This document shows positions 50,587-61,266 of a stretch of 64,000 bases of DNA, piece after piece. Source of the stretch: an uncultured Erysipelotrichaceae bacterium. Its GTDB lineage: Bacteria; Bacillota_I; Bacilli_A; RF39; UBA660. Where the stretch lies: assembly GCA_902789425.1 (NCBI GenBank), contig CADANX010000001.1, positions 80,206 through 144,205 on the forward strand, read 5' to 3'. How positions within the stretch are numbered: the first letter of the stretch is position 1; each line of letters starts with the position of its first letter. The translations under genes were made by a program, and so were the position numbers. The notes below the pieces were generated by a model. The model worked only from the letters and a program-made list of their open reading frames with translations. It was not told the origin of the DNA and did not search any database.

Positions 50587-51445
50587 GGGACTTGAACAAT
50601 TATTAACTGATGTAAACTTAAACTTTGATGATTTTGAAGAAACAATAGTAGAAGATGCTAAAAAAAATAATGAAATAGAAGAACTTGATTTAACAGAACT
50701 TAGAGCAAATCCATATCAACCACGTAAAGTGTTTGATGAAACTGCTTTAAACGAACTTGCATTATCTATTAAAGAACACGGTGTATTTCAACCGATTATT
50801 GTTAAAAAGAGTGTTAAAGGTTATGAAATAGTTGCAGGTGAAAGAAGAGTTAAAGCATCTTTATTAGCAGGTAAAAAGACAATACCTGCAATAATTAAAG
50901 ATTTTACTGATGAAGAAATGATGAATATATCACTTCTTGAAAATCTTCAAAGAGAAAATCTATCTGCAATTGAAGAAGCAAAAGCTTACAAAGCAATTAT
51001 TGATAGACTAAATATAACTCAAGATGATTTGGCAAAAAAAGTAGGGAAAAGCCGTAGCCATATTACTAATATGCTTGGTTTATTAAGACTTCCTGCATCT
51101 GTACAAGATTTAGTTTTATTTAATAAAATAAGTATGGGTCATGCAAGAGTACTTAGTAAAATAGAAGATCCTGCTCAAGTAGAATTGCTAGCGGATAGAA
51201 TAGTTAATGAAGGTCTTAGTGTTAGAGATATTGAATCAGAAACAAGTAATAATGAATACAAAAAAATAGTAAAAAATGATGGACAAAAACATGTTAATGA
51301 TGAATTCAAACATTTAGAAAATGAATTAAAAGAAAAACTTGGTACAAAAGTTAAAATTTCATCAAATAAATTAACAATAAGCTTTAATTCAGTACAAGAT
51401 TTGAATAGAATTCTTGAAATAATGAATTTAAATTATAAAGATTAA
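50558..51445 (+). CDS. parB: chromosome partitioning protein ParB/Spo0J
   Basis: 'LGKGLEQLL', 'NPYQPRKVFDE', 'GERRVKAS', and the HTH 'TQDDLAKKVGKSRSHITNMLGLLRL'. The start is ambiguous between the TTG at 50549 and the ATG at 50558. Confidence 0.9.
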   Translation: MKEKRNALGKGLEQLLTDVNLNFDDFEETIVEDAKKNNEIEELDLTELRANPYQPRKVFDETALNELALSIKEHGVFQPIIVKKSVKGYEIVAGERRVKASLLAGKKTIPAIIKDFTDEEMMNISLLENLQRENLSAIEEAKAYKAIIDRLNITQDDLAKKVGKSRSHITNMLGLLRLPASVQDLVLFNKISMGHARVLSKIEDPAQVELLADRIVNEGLSVRDIESETSNNEYKKIVKNDGQKHVNDEFKHLENELKEKLGTKVKISSNKLTISFNSVQDLNRILEIMNLNYKD

Positions 51446-51448
51446 GAG

Positions 51449-52261
51449 GTGATTTATTTGACTATTTTTGGAATAAAAGTTTCAGAAAAAATTATATATA
51501 CATTAATAAGTATAGTTTTTTCATATTTACTTATATGTCTTGAATCAGCAATTATTAATAAAATAGTAAAGAATAATACTGCTAAAACTAAACATATTCA
51601 AAGAAGTCAAAATACAATATTAATACTTGCAAAAAATCTAATTAAATATTTAATTATGATTTTTACTTTTATTTCTATTTTAAAAATATTTGGAATAAAT
51701 ACAACTGCACTTGTAACAGGTATTAGTGCAATAAGTGTATTTATAGGACTTGTTTTTCAAGATGTTTTAAAAGATTATTTAGTAGGTATTTCTATAATAG
51801 CAGAAAGTCAATTTGCTATTGGTGAAATAGTAGAAATAAATGGTTTTAAAGGTGAGGTTATTGGACTTAGTTTAAAAACTACAAAAATAAAAGCACCTAC
51901 AGGTGAAGTAAAGATTATTTCAAATAGAAATATATCTGATGTAATTAATTATAGTTTAAATAAAACTTTACTTATATTTAATATAAATGTTTCATATGAA
52001 GATGATAATGAAAAAGTAGAAAAAGTATTAACAAAACTTGCAAATGATTTACCAAAATTAGTTGATGAAATATCAGAAGCTACCATGGATGGTCTTGACT
52101 CATTATCTGATTCTTGTGTAGTATATAGGATATCTACTTTTATTAGAGACAGAGATAGATATGTTATTAAAAGAAAAGTTAATAAGTTAATTAAAAAGAC
52201 ATTAGATGATAACAAAATTAAAATACCATATCCTCAATTGGAGGTACATAATGAAAAATGA
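51449..52261 (+). CDS. small-conductance mechanosensitive channel (MscS family)
   Basis: Three TM helices followed by the beta domain 'GEIVEINGFKGEVIGLSLKTTKIK...GEVKIISN'. Confidence 0.75.
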   Translation: MIYLTIFGIKVSEKIIYTLISIVFSYLLICLESAIINKIVKNNTAKTKHIQRSQNTILILAKNLIKYLIMIFTFISILKIFGINTTALVTGISAISVFIGLVFQDVLKDYLVGISIIAESQFAIGEIVEINGFKGEVIGLSLKTTKIKAPTGEVKIISNRNISDVINYSLNKTLLIFNINVSYEDDNEKVEKVLTKLANDLPKLVDEISEATMDGLDSLSDSCVVYRISTFIRDRDRYVIKRKVNKLIKKTLDDNKIKIPYPQLEVHNEK

Positions 52262-52436
52262 TTATAAATTAGGTTCTAAAGTAATAATGAAAAAAGCTCA
52301 TCCTTGTGGTGAAAATTTATGGGTTATTGATAGAATCGGTGTGGATATTAAAATAAAATGTTTGAACTGTGGAAGAACAATAATGCTTCCAAGAATTGAA
52401 TTTAATAAAAAGATTAAAAAGGTTGTGGAGGAATAG
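52251..52436 (+). CDS. DUF951-family small protein
   Basis: 'KKAHPCGENLW...R.G.DIKIKCLNCGR'. The start is set at the ATG at 52251 behind ggagg. Confidence 0.6.
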   Translation: MKNDYKLGSKVIMKKAHPCGENLWVIDRIGVDIKIKCLNCGRTIMLPRIEFNKKIKKVVEE

Positions 52437-52437
52437 T

Positions 52438-53955
52438 ATGAAGGATAATAGTATTAAAGCAAAAATGCATCCGGCGATGTTTTTTGTTATATTGTCATTT
52501 TTAACAATTATACTTAGTTTTGTATTATCACTAATCAATTTACAAGCTAATGAAATGTCAATGTCTGTTGCAACATCTAAAGTTTCAACAACAATATTAA
52601 CTGTTGAATCATTATTATCACTAGATGGATTTAAATTTATTTTTGGAGAGGCTATCAATAACTTTCTTAAATTTATACCGCTAGGTACTTTAATAGTTGG
52701 TCTTGTTGGTATTGGCGTTGCTATAAAAACAGGTTTTTTAAAATCAATATTTAAGAAAATAGCTGATCATATTCCAAGAAGAACTGCATTTTTTGTTCTT
52801 AGTTTATTATGTATTGTAATGGGATTTAGTTCAGACCTTGCATATATAGTTATGATACCAATAGCATCAATAATGTTTACTGAATATAAAAGAAGTCAAA
52901 CTGTAGGCATGACTATGGCATTTGTTTCTGTAGCAGCAGGATCAAATATAAATTTATTTATTACATCAATAGATTATAGCTTAATAGAACTTGCATCACC
53001 TGCAGTTAAAATGATAGATGCTGATTATAATTATGGTTATAGTGGAAATATTTATTTTATAGTAGTTGCATCTTTAATGCTTGCATATTTATTATCAAAA
53101 ATTACTGATGTAATAGCAAGAACTAAACCAGTTAGAATAGGTGATGAAGAATTAAAAGTAAGTACTAAAGCAGATAAAAGAGGTTTAAAAAATGCTTTTA
53201 TTGCATTCTTTATATTACTTGTAATATTTGTATATGCAATTATACCAAATTTACCTTTATCTGGAATGCTTTTAGATAATACACAACATTTATATGTTAA
53301 TAAGCTATTTGGAGCAAATTCTCCATTTACAAATGGTATTTTATATATTGTTTCTTTAACATTTGCTATATGTGGTATTATTTATGGAGTATCAACTAAA
53401 CTTATTAAAAATGAAAATGATGTTATTAAATATTTAACAGCAAGTTTAAATGGTATTGGTGAAATGTTACTACTTATTTTTGTAGCATCTCAATTTGTAG
53501 CTTTATTTAGATATTCAAATATAGGAGAAGTATTAACAGCTAATATGTTTGAGTTTATTAGTAAACAAGAATTTTCATTTATTATTCTTATATTAATTAC
53601 TTTTGCATTTGTGTTTATATCAGGATTATTACTTCCATCTTTATCTACAAAATGGTCAATGTTTGTTCCATTATTAGTACCATTATTTATGAAATCAAAT
53701 ATTACTCCAGAATTTACTGGTGCTATATTTAGACTTGCATCTTCTTTATCTAATATAGTAACACCAACTCTATCTTATTTTGTTATTTATTTAGGATTTA
53801 TTGGTCTATATAGTAAAGATGATTTCAATGTTAAAAAATGTTATAAATTATTAGTACCATATTTTATCGGTGTACTAATATTATGGTTATTCATTATAAT
53901 TGGATGGTATGTTTTAAAAGCACCTATTGGACCAAATGTATTACCAAGTATTTAA
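52438..53955 (+). CDS. AbgT-family transporter (p-aminobenzoyl-glutamate / sulfonamide-efflux type)
   Basis: About 505 aa and polytopic. The N-terminus 'HPAMFFVILS' and overall layout are typical of AbgT/MtrF. The start is set at the ATG at 52438. Confidence 0.75.
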   Translation: MKDNSIKAKMHPAMFFVILSFLTIILSFVLSLINLQANEMSMSVATSKVSTTILTVESLLSLDGFKFIFGEAINNFLKFIPLGTLIVGLVGIGVAIKTGFLKSIFKKIADHIPRRTAFFVLSLLCIVMGFSSDLAYIVMIPIASIMFTEYKRSQTVGMTMAFVSVAAGSNINLFITSIDYSLIELASPAVKMIDADYNYGYSGNIYFIVVASLMLAYLLSKITDVIARTKPVRIGDEELKVSTKADKRGLKNAFIAFFILLVIFVYAIIPNLPLSGMLLDNTQHLYVNKLFGANSPFTNGILYIVSLTFAICGIIYGVSTKLIKNENDVIKYLTASLNGIGEMLLLIFVASQFVALFRYSNIGEVLTANMFEFISKQEFSFIILILITFAFVFISGLLLPSLSTKWSMFVPLLVPLFMKSNITPEFTGAIFRLASSLSNIVTPTLSYFVIYLGFIGLYSKDDFNVKKCYKLLVPYFIGVLILWLFIIIGWYVLKAPIGPNVLPSI

Positions 53956-54015
53956 AAAAGACTTATGTCTTTTTTTTATTTATGCTATAATATAAAAAAG
54001 AAAAGAGGTTTTATT

Positions 54016-55113
54016 ATGAGTTTAACAGCAGGAATAGTTGGACTTCCAAATGTAGGTAAATCAACTTTATTTAATGCAATTACTAAAAAGAATATTTTGG
54101 CAGCAAATTATCCATTTGCAACAATTGATCCAAATGTAGGTATTGTTGTTGTTCCAGATGAGAGACTTGCAAAATTAGAAGAAATGGTAATGCCAGAAAA
54201 CGTTGTACCAACTTCATTCGAATTTACTGATATAGCTGGGCTAGTAAAAGGCGCATCAAAGGGTGAGGGACTTGGAAATAAATTTTTAGCACATATAAGA
54301 GAAGTTGACTCAATTTGTGAAGTGGTTAGATGTTTTGATGATGAAAATATTACTCACGTTGAAGGAAAAACTGATCCAATTAGAGATATAGAAATAATTA
54401 ATCTTGAATTAATATTTTCAGACTTAGAAGTAGTAGATAAAAGACTTAATAGTATAGAAAAGAAAGCTGTAGCTACTAAAGATAAAGAAGCTTTATTTGA
54501 AGTTGAATTATTAAAGAAAATTAAAGGTGCATTACTTGAAAATAAACCAGCAAGACATTTAGAATATAGCGCTGATGAAGAAAGAGTAATGAAATCTTAT
54601 AACTTACTTACGAAAAAACCAATGATATATATGGCTAATGTAAAAGAAGTTGATATAGTAAATGGTAATTCATATGTAGAACTTGTTCGTGAATATGCAA
54701 AAAAAGAGAATTCTGAAGTAATAATGCTTTGTGCTAAAACTGAAAGTGAACTTAGTGAATTAAATGAAGAAGATAAAATGTTATTTTTAGAAGAATTAGG
54801 TCTTAAAGAAAGTGGACTTGATAAATTAATTCGTGCAACATATTCACTACTTGGTCTTGCAACATATTTTACAGCTGGTCCTAAAGAAGTTAAAGCATGG
54901 ACATTTAGAAAAGGTATGAAAGCACCAGAATGTGCAGGAATAATACATAGTGATTTTGAAAGAGGATTTATTCGTGCGGAAGTAATATCATATGAAGATT
55001 ATGTAAAATATAACGGAGAAAAAGGTGCAAAAGAAGCTGGAAAGATGAGACTTGAAGGTAAAGAATATTTAATGCAAGATGGAGATATTTGTTTATTTAG
55101 ATTTAATGTATAA
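54016..55113 (+). CDS. ychF: ribosome-binding ATPase YchF
   Basis: 'GIVGLPNVGKSTLFNA', 'DIAGLVKGAS', and the C-terminal TGS-like domain 'AWTFRKGMKAPECAGIIHSDFERGFIRAEV'. Confidence 0.93.
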   Translation: MSLTAGIVGLPNVGKSTLFNAITKKNILAANYPFATIDPNVGIVVVPDERLAKLEEMVMPENVVPTSFEFTDIAGLVKGASKGEGLGNKFLAHIREVDSICEVVRCFDDENITHVEGKTDPIRDIEIINLELIFSDLEVVDKRLNSIEKKAVATKDKEALFEVELLKKIKGALLENKPARHLEYSADEERVMKSYNLLTKKPMIYMANVKEVDIVNGNSYVELVREYAKKENSEVIMLCAKTESELSELNEEDKMLFLEELGLKESGLDKLIRATYSLLGLATYFTAGPKEVKAWTFRKGMKAPECAGIIHSDFERGFIRAEVISYEDYVKYNGEKGAKEAGKMRLEGKEYLMQDGDICLFRFNV

Positions 55114-55139
55114 AAAAATCAGGATTATTCCTGATTTTA
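55112..55139. terminator. bidirectional terminator between ychF and the convergent small gene
   Basis: An 8-bp stem pairs aatcagga with tcctgatt around a 4-nt loop, with an A-run and a T-run flanking. Confidence 0.6.
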
Positions 55140-55400
55140 TGCTTTTTTAGATGCTACGAAGAAATATATCATTCCCATTAATGTTAAAGATGCAAAAACA
55201 GTTGAATAGATAAATACTTTTGATGTTCCATCATTTATATTATCTATTTGTATTTTTTCTGCATTATTTGCTTCCATAACAACTAAATTATCTTGATTTG
55301 TTACTTGCTGTTTTCTATTTCCCATAAAAATACTAATTGATAATGGAATTACTAATAAAATAAAAACAGTAATTATAATTATACTTTTAACTTTTTTCAT
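55137..55400 (-). CDS. small membrane protein (2 TM)
   Basis: 87 aa with hydrophobic N- and C-terminal segments. Confidence 0.35.
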   Translation of the reverse strand: MKKVKSIIIITVFILLVIPLSISIFMGNRKQQVTNQDNLVVMEANNAEKIQIDNINDGTSKVFIYSTVFASLTLMGMIYFFVASKKA

Positions 55401-55486
55401 CTTTTTTCACCATATGTAAAGTATATCATTAAATATCAATAAAATCAATATTTGTTATTTACTTTATTAATACTATTTGATATAAT

Positions 55487-55557
55487 ACATATGCGAGTAT
55501 TTATTACTCTCTGCTTATATTAAATATAAGCCTATTAGTCCAAAGGGAGGTGTAAGA
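55487..55557 (+). promoter_or_regulatory. structured 5' leader of the rpsF-ssb-rpsR operon (possible S6:S18 autoregulatory element)
   Basis: An extended -10 'tgaTATAAT' (55478-55486) is followed by two hairpins: gagta/tactc (55495-55509) and gcttatat/atataagc (55512-55530). Confidence 0.3.
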
Positions 55558-55842
55558 ATGACATATGAGATTTTATTCATTGTTAAACCTGATTTAGAAG
55601 AAAAAGCTATTAAAAAAATAGCTAAAGATTTAGAGAAAGTTTTAGTTGATAAAAATGCTAAAATTTTAAGTTCTAAAGAAATGGGTCAAAAAGAATTAGC
55701 ATATGAAATTAAAAATCAAAAAAGTGGTTATTACTTCTTAATTAATGTAGAAGCATCAAATGAAGCTATTAAAGAATTTGATCGTTTAGCATTAATAAAT
55801 GAAGATGTATTACGTCACTTAGTAATAAAATTAGATAAATAA
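55558..55842 (+). CDS. rpsF: 30S ribosomal protein S6
   Basis: '[13 protein letters not shown]' and '[10 protein letters not shown]'. It heads the rpsF-ssb-rpsR operon. Confidence 0.93.
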   Translation: MTYEILFIVKPDLEEKAIKKIAKDLEKVLVDKNAKILSSKEMGQKELAYEIKNQKSGYYFLINVEASNEAIKEFDRLALINEDVLRHLVIKLDK

Positions 55843-55861
55843 GAAAGTAAGGTGTAAAAGT

Positions 55862-56329
55862 ATGAATAAAGTAGTATTGATAGGAAGAGTAACAAGGGAT
55901 CCTGAATTAAGATACACAGCAAGTAATATTCCAAATGTAAGATTTACTCTAGCTGTTAATAGAACTTTTCAAAATCAAAGTGGAGAAACAGAAGCTGATT
56001 TTGTTCCAATAGTTGTTTGGAGAAAACAAGCTGAAAATGTAAAAAAATATGTTTCAAAAGGTAGTTTAGTTGCAGTTGAAGGTAGAATTCAAACTGGAAG
56101 CTATGAAAAAGATGGACAAAGAGTTTATACAACAGATGTCGTTGCTGATAATGTTCAATTCTTAGAAAGTAAAGCACAAAGTCAAAATAGAACTACTGAA
56201 GATAATATAACTCCATCAGATTTTGCTACTGAAGACACTAATGAAAATAAAGAAACTGATATGAGCGATGAAGTTTTTGCTGATTTTGGTGATTCAATTG
56301 AAATCAGTGATGATGATATTGCTTTCTAA
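55862..56329 (+). CDS. ssb: single-stranded DNA-binding protein
   Basis: '[19 protein letters not shown]', an OB fold, and an acidic tail ending 'DDDIAF'. Confidence 0.93.
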   Translation: MNKVVLIGRVTRDPELRYTASNIPNVRFTLAVNRTFQNQSGETEADFVPIVVWRKQAENVKKYVSKGSLVAVEGRIQTGSYEKDGQRVYTTDVVADNVQFLESKAQSQNRTTEDNITPSDFATEDTNENKETDMSDEVFADFGDSIEISDDDIAF

Positions 56330-56353
56330 AATTAAAGTTAGGAGGAATTAGAG

Positions 56354-56569
56354 TTGGCAGAATTTAGAAGAAGACATAAAAAAGTATGTCAATTATGTGC
56401 TGGTAAAGAAGTTAATTATAAAGATGTTGAAGAACTTCGTAAATATATAAATGAAAAAGGTAAAATATTACCAAGAAGAGTTACTGGAACTTGTGCTAGA
56501 CATCAAAGAATAGTTGCAAGAGAAATCAAAAGAGCTCGTATGGCAGCATTATTACCATTCGTTAAATAA
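56354..56569 (+). CDS. rpsR: 30S ribosomal protein S18
   Basis: '[32 protein letters not shown]'. It has a TTG start behind aggagga. Confidence 0.9.
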   Translation: MAEFRRRHKKVCQLCAGKEVNYKDVEELRKYINEKGKILPRRVTGTCARHQRIVAREIKRARMAALLPFVK

Positions 56570-56570
56570 T

Positions 56571-56592
56571 AGCGTTTTAAACGCTTTTTTTT
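56571..56592 (+). terminator. terminator after rpsR
   Basis: The palindrome agcgtt..aacgct is followed by T8. Confidence 0.6.
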
Positions 56593-56663
56593 ATTGCTTT
56601 CTTATTTAATTATTTATGAAAATATAGTATAATGATTATATGTATGCGAAAGGAGGTTTTCGT

Positions 56664-57107
56664 ATGAAAGTTATTTTTATAAAAGACTTAAAAGGTCAAG
56701 GAAAAAAAGATGAAATAAAAGAAGTAAAAGATGGATATGCTGAAAACTTTTTAATTAAAAACGGATATGCAATTATGTATACTTCAAGAAGTAATCAAAT
56801 ATTAAATAATCAAATAAATGATAGAAAACAAAAAGAAGAAGAATTAATAAAAGAATTAACAATCGAAAAAGATAAATTAGAAAAATTAGAATTTGTTTTT
56901 AAAGTGAAAACAGGTAAGGAAGGAAAAGTGTTTGGAAGTATTTCTTCTAAAGCTATTTCTGAAGAAATAAATAAAAAAGGTTTTAAAATAGATAAAAAGA
57001 AAATAAAAATTGATGAAAGTATATCAACTCTTGGAACTCATAATGTAATTATTGAATTACATCCTAAGGTTATAGCAAAGGTGAAAATCAAATTAATGGA
57101 GGGATAA
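56664..57107 (+). CDS. rplI: 50S ribosomal protein L9
   Basis: '[36 protein letters not shown]'. The start is set behind aaaggagg. Confidence 0.92.
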   Translation: MKVIFIKDLKGQGKKDEIKEVKDGYAENFLIKNGYAIMYTSRSNQILNNQINDRKQKEEELIKELTIEKDKLEKLEFVFKVKTGKEGKVFGSISSKAISEEINKKGFKIDKKKIKIDESISTLGTHNVIIELHPKVIAKVKIKLMEG

Positions 57108-57108
57108 T

Positions 57109-58449
57109 ATGAATAATAGAAATATGCCTTATAATGAAGAGGCTGAACAATCAGTTCTTGGTGCTACATTTTATTCAAAAGAAGCTCTTCAAAAAGTATG
57201 TGATGATTTAACTCGTGATGATTTTTATATTGATGCACATGCTTTAATATTTGATACATTAAAAGAATTAAATGATGAAGGTACACCTGTTGATATTACA
57301 ATAGTAAGTGATAGACTTGAAAGTAATAAGAACTTAGTTTCAGTAGGTAATATTGAATATTTACTTGATATAATTAATTCAGTACCAAATGCTGCTAATG
57401 TTGATTATTACATAAAAATTGTACATGATAAATCAGTATTAAGAAACTTAATTAAAGCATCAAATGAAATAACTGCTAATTCTTATACAAGTGATAAAAC
57501 AGTTAATGACATATTAGATGATGCAGAAAGTAAAATATTTAATGTTGTTAAGAAAAGAAGTACATCTGAATTTAGAGATATACAAGATGTTATATTTAAA
57601 GCACAATCTGATTTAGAAACATTATCAAAAAACAAAAATGAAATAACAGGTCTTGCAACAGGATTTTATGAACTTGATAAATTAACTAGTGGACTTCATG
57701 AAAATGAACTTATTATAATTGCAGCTCGTCCTGCTATGGGTAAAACTGCATTTACGCTTAATTTATGTACTAATGTTGCAATGAATACAAAAAAAGCTGT
57801 TGCAATATTTACTCTAGAAATGAGTGCTGAACAACTTGTTAATCGTATGTTTAGTTCAGTAGGTCAAATAGATTTTTCTAAATTTAGAAATGGTAATTTT
57901 AATAATGATGATTGGAAAAGTCTTAGTGAAGCAGTAAGTAAACTTGCTGATACAAATATAAAAATAGATGATACACCAGGTCTTAGTGTTTCTGATATTA
58001 GAAGTAAAGCAAGAAGACTTGCAGCATCTAAAGATGGACTTGCACTTGTTGTAATAGATTACTTACAGTTAATACTTGGTTCAGCAAAGAATGCTGGAAA
58101 TAGACAACAAGAAGTTGGTGAAATTTCAAGAAGTCTTAAAATGATGGCTCTTGAACTTCATGTTCCTGTTATAGCAGTAGCACAATTATCTCGTGCTGTT
58201 GAAGGAAGACCTGATAAAAGGCCGCTTATGAGTGACTTAAGAGAATCTGGATCAATCGAGCAAGATGCGGATATGGTTGCATTCTTATATAGAGATGATT
58301 ACTATAATAAGGAAGCTAAAGTATCAGATGTAAGTATTAGTGAATTTATCATTGGTAAAAACCGTAGTGGTCCAACAAGTACAATAGAATTTTTATTTAA
58401 GGGAAATACAGTTACATTTGCTAATTATATAAATGAAAGTGAAGAGTAG
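57109..58449 (+). CDS. dnaB: replicative DNA helicase DnaB (DnaC in Bacillus nomenclature)
   Basis: 'PYNEEAEQSVLGA', Walker A 'ARPAMGKTAF', 'VIDYLQLI', and 'QLSRAVEGRPDKRPLMSDLRESGSIEQDAD'. No intein is present. Confidence 0.95.
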   Translation: MNNRNMPYNEEAEQSVLGATFYSKEALQKVCDDLTRDDFYIDAHALIFDTLKELNDEGTPVDITIVSDRLESNKNLVSVGNIEYLLDIINSVPNAANVDYYIKIVHDKSVLRNLIKASNEITANSYTSDKTVNDILDDAESKIFNVVKKRSTSEFRDIQDVIFKAQSDLETLSKNKNEITGLATGFYELDKLTSGLHENELIIIAARPAMGKTAFTLNLCTNVAMNTKKAVAIFTLEMSAEQLVNRMFSSVGQIDFSKFRNGNFNNDDWKSLSEAVSKLADTNIKIDDTPGLSVSDIRSKARRLAASKDGLALVVIDYLQLILGSAKNAGNRQQEVGEISRSLKMMALELHVPVIAVAQLSRAVEGRPDKRPLMSDLRESGSIEQDADMVAFLYRDDYYNKEAKVSDVSISEFIIGKNRSGPTSTIEFLFKGNTVTFANYINESEE

Positions 58450-58461
58450 TCGGAGGTAAAT

Positions 58462-59967
58462 ATGAGTAAGATAAAATCTTATATTCCAGTTATAATTTCA
58501 TTTTTAATATCGGTAATTATTATATTTGTATATGTTTTATGTACTAAAAACGATGTTAGTTTTTCTACTAAAGAATACTATAATGTATATTTAGATGGAA
58601 AATTATTAGGATCAATTAGATCAAAAGTAGCGCTTGAAAACTATATAAATAAAGAACAAAAGAATCTTAAGAAACAATATGGTGTTAGTAAAATATATGT
58701 ACCTAATGGTATAGATATTGAAAAGGGCATTTCACATGAACCTGAAATTGTTTCTGAAAAGAAAATATATAATAAAATTAAAAAGAAAAAAGGATTCACA
58801 GTTAAAGGATACGTTGTTACAATAACTGATTCTAAAAAGAATGAAATAAAAATCAATATGATTGATAAAAAAATCTTTAATAAAGCAGTTACTAAAGTTG
58901 TAAAAAGTTTCGTAGATCAAACAAGTTTAAATAATTATAGAAATAATACTCAACCAGAAATAAAAACAACAGGAAGTATAATTGAAAATATAGATATAGA
59001 ACAAGATGTTTCAATTAAAGAATCATATATATCAACAGAAGAACCAATTTATCTTGATACCGAATCATTAACAAAATACTTATTATTTGGTTCATCAAGC
59101 ACTGAATCAGAATATATAGTTAAACCAGGTGATACTATTGAAACGGTTGCATTTAATAATAAATTAAATGAAGAAGAATTTTTAATAGTTAATCCAGAAT
59201 TTACAAGTAGTAACAACCTTCTTACTCCTGGGCAAGTTGTAAACGTTGCACTTATAAATCCAGTACTTAAGATAGTTGTAGAAAAACATATTGTAGTTGA
59301 TCAAGATAAGCCATTTGAAATAGAAGAAAAAGATGATGATTCAATGGATGTTGGTACAACTGAAGTTGAGGTTGAAGGTGTAAATGGTAGACAAAGATTA
59401 ACTGAAAAAATTAAATATGTAAATGGTGATATAGAAAAATCAGTTATCGTTAATACTGAAGTATTAAAAGAACCAATTAAAAAAGTTGTTAGAAAAGGAA
59501 CAAGAAAATCTTATAATGCATACAGTTATTATGAAGGCGGTGGATCACCAGCTGTAGTATCAGGTGTATGGGGATGGCCAACAATATATCCGTATATTAT
59601 AACTAGTGAGTTTAAGTTTAGATGGGGACGTCACCACAATGGTCTTGATATTTCTGGTTGTGGATTTGGTTCACCAATATTCTCTATAGGTGATGGTACT
59701 GTTGTTGATGTTGTAGCTAGTTGCCCAGGACAAGGTTATTATGGTAGTTCTTGTGGATCAGGATATGGTAATAGAGTTCAAATTCAAACTGGTAATATGC
59801 TTGTAATATATGCCCATTTAAATTCAGTACAAGTTTCTGTAGGTCAACATGTTTCAAAAGGTGAAGTAGTAGGAACAATGGGGAATAGTGGATCATCAAC
59901 AGGTACGCACTTACACTTCGAAGTAAGAGTAGATGGTACTCCTGTTAATCCTTGGGTAATTTATTAA
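58462..59967 (+). CDS. membrane-anchored peptidoglycan hydrolase: LysM + G5 + M23 peptidase domains
   Basis: LysM 'YIVKPGDTIETVAFNN', G5 'VEVEGVNGRQRLTEKIKYVNG', and M23 'HHNGLDISG' plus 'GNSGSSTGTHLHFEVRVDG'. Confidence 0.85.
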   Translation: MSKIKSYIPVIISFLISVIIIFVYVLCTKNDVSFSTKEYYNVYLDGKLLGSIRSKVALENYINKEQKNLKKQYGVSKIYVPNGIDIEKGISHEPEIVSEKKIYNKIKKKKGFTVKGYVVTITDSKKNEIKINMIDKKIFNKAVTKVVKSFVDQTSLNNYRNNTQPEIKTTGSIIENIDIEQDVSIKESYISTEEPIYLDTESLTKYLLFGSSSTESEYIVKPGDTIETVAFNNKLNEEEFLIVNPEFTSSNNLLTPGQVVNVALINPVLKIVVEKHIVVDQDKPFEIEEKDDDSMDVGTTEVEVEGVNGRQRLTEKIKYVNGDIEKSVIVNTEVLKEPIKKVVRKGTRKSYNAYSYYEGGGSPAVVSGVWGWPTIYPYIITSEFKFRWGRHHNGLDISGCGFGSPIFSIGDGTVVDVVASCPGQGYYGSSCGSGYGNRVQIQTGNMLVIYAHLNSVQVSVGQHVSKGEVVGTMGNSGSSTGTHLHFEVRVDGTPVNPWVIY

Positions 59968-60734
59968 TGAGAGTTAATGTTTTATCTAGCGGAAGTAAAG
60001 GTAATTCCACATTCATAAGATCTGGAAGAACAAAAATACTAATTGACCTTGGAACTACTTCATCATATGTAGAAAAAGAACTTGAAAAACTAGGTGTTGA
60101 TCCAAATGAAATTGATGCAATATTAATTTCACATATTCATATAGACCATATAAAAGGTTTAAAAGTATTTATAAAAAGATATAAACCAGTATTAATAGTA
60201 ACAGAAAAATTATTATATCTATTAAATGAACAAATAGGTGATTTTGATTATCAATTATATGATGATAAAAAAATAACTATTAAAGATTTAAATATTAATA
60301 TTATTAAAACAAGTCACGATGCTGGAGAAAGCGTTGGATTTATTATAAGCGATAAGGATTCTAGTATGGTACATATCACAGATACTGGATTTATAAACAG
60401 TAAATATCATAAAGATTTAACAAATAAAAATCTATATGTTTTTGAAAGTAATCATGATGTTAAGATGCTAAGAGAGGGACCTTATCCATATCATTTACAA
60501 CAAAGAGTAATTAGTGATAAAGGACACTTATCTAACGATCAAGCAAGTAAATATTTATGCAAGTTTATTGGTAAAGATACAAAGGCAGTTGTATTTGCCC
60601 ATATAAGTGAAAAAAATAATTCAGAAGAAAAAGTAATAGAAACATTTAATAAAGAACTTTTGAAAAATAATATAAGGTTTGATAATTATATTATTGCAAG
60701 ACAAAATGAATGTAGTAAGGAAATAAAAATATGA
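59967..60734 (+). CDS. metallo-beta-lactamase-fold hydrolase (YycJ/WalJ-like)
   Basis: 'ISHIHIDHIKG' fits the HxHxDH motif. The ATG overlaps the previous TAA. Confidence 0.75.
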   Translation: MRVNVLSSGSKGNSTFIRSGRTKILIDLGTTSSYVEKELEKLGVDPNEIDAILISHIHIDHIKGLKVFIKRYKPVLIVTEKLLYLLNEQIGDFDYQLYDDKKITIKDLNINIIKTSHDAGESVGFIISDKDSSMVHITDTGFINSKYHKDLTNKNLYVFESNHDVKMLREGPYPYHLQQRVISDKGHLSNDQASKYLCKFIGKDTKAVVFAHISEKNNSEEKVIETFNKELLKNNIRFDNYIIARQNECSKEIKI

Positions 60735-61183
60735 TAAAAATTATTACAGTTGGAAAAATTAAAGAAAAGTATTTGTTAGATGCTATTGATGAATATAAAA
60801 AAAGAATTAGTAAATATACTAGTATTAATATTTATGAAGTTAATGATGAAAATTTTGATATAACTAAAACTTTACTTAAAGAAAAAGAAAGTATTTTAAA
60901 ACACGTATCAGAAAAAGACTACATTATATCATTAGACATTGATGGTAACATGTTAACAAGTGAAGAGCTAGCATCTAAGATAGATAATATATATTTAACA
61001 AATAGTGATATCTGCTTTATAATTGGTGGATCTTATGGACTTCATGAAGATATAAAGAAAATGAGCAACTATAGATTATCATTTTCTAAACTTACTTTTC
61101 CACATCAATTATTCAGAGTAATGTTACTTGAACAAATATATAGAGCATATAAAATTAATAATAATGAAACATATCATAAATAA
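60731..61183 (+). CDS. rlmH: 23S rRNA (pseudouridine1915-N3)-methyltransferase RlmH
   Basis: 150 aa SPOUT protein with 'IITVGKIKEKYL', 'FIIGGSYGL' and 'SFSKLTFPHQLFRVMLLEQIYRA'. Confidence 0.9.
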   Translation: MIKIITVGKIKEKYLLDAIDEYKKRISKYTSINIYEVNDENFDITKTLLKEKESILKHVSEKDYIISLDIDGNMLTSEELASKIDNIYLTNSDICFIIGGSYGLHEDIKKMSNYRLSFSKLTFPHQLFRVMLLEQIYRAYKINNNETYHK

Positions 61184-61207
61184 AGCACTAAAAGGTGCTT
61201 TTTTTTC
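61183..61207 (+). terminator. terminator after rlmH
   Basis: 'aagcac' / 6-nt loop / 'gtgctt', followed by T-run 61201-61206. Confidence 0.6.
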
Positions 61208-61266
61208 TTATAACTCATAGATTTTTAGATTTTATTGATGTATAATTAATAGTGGTGAAGGTAGGG

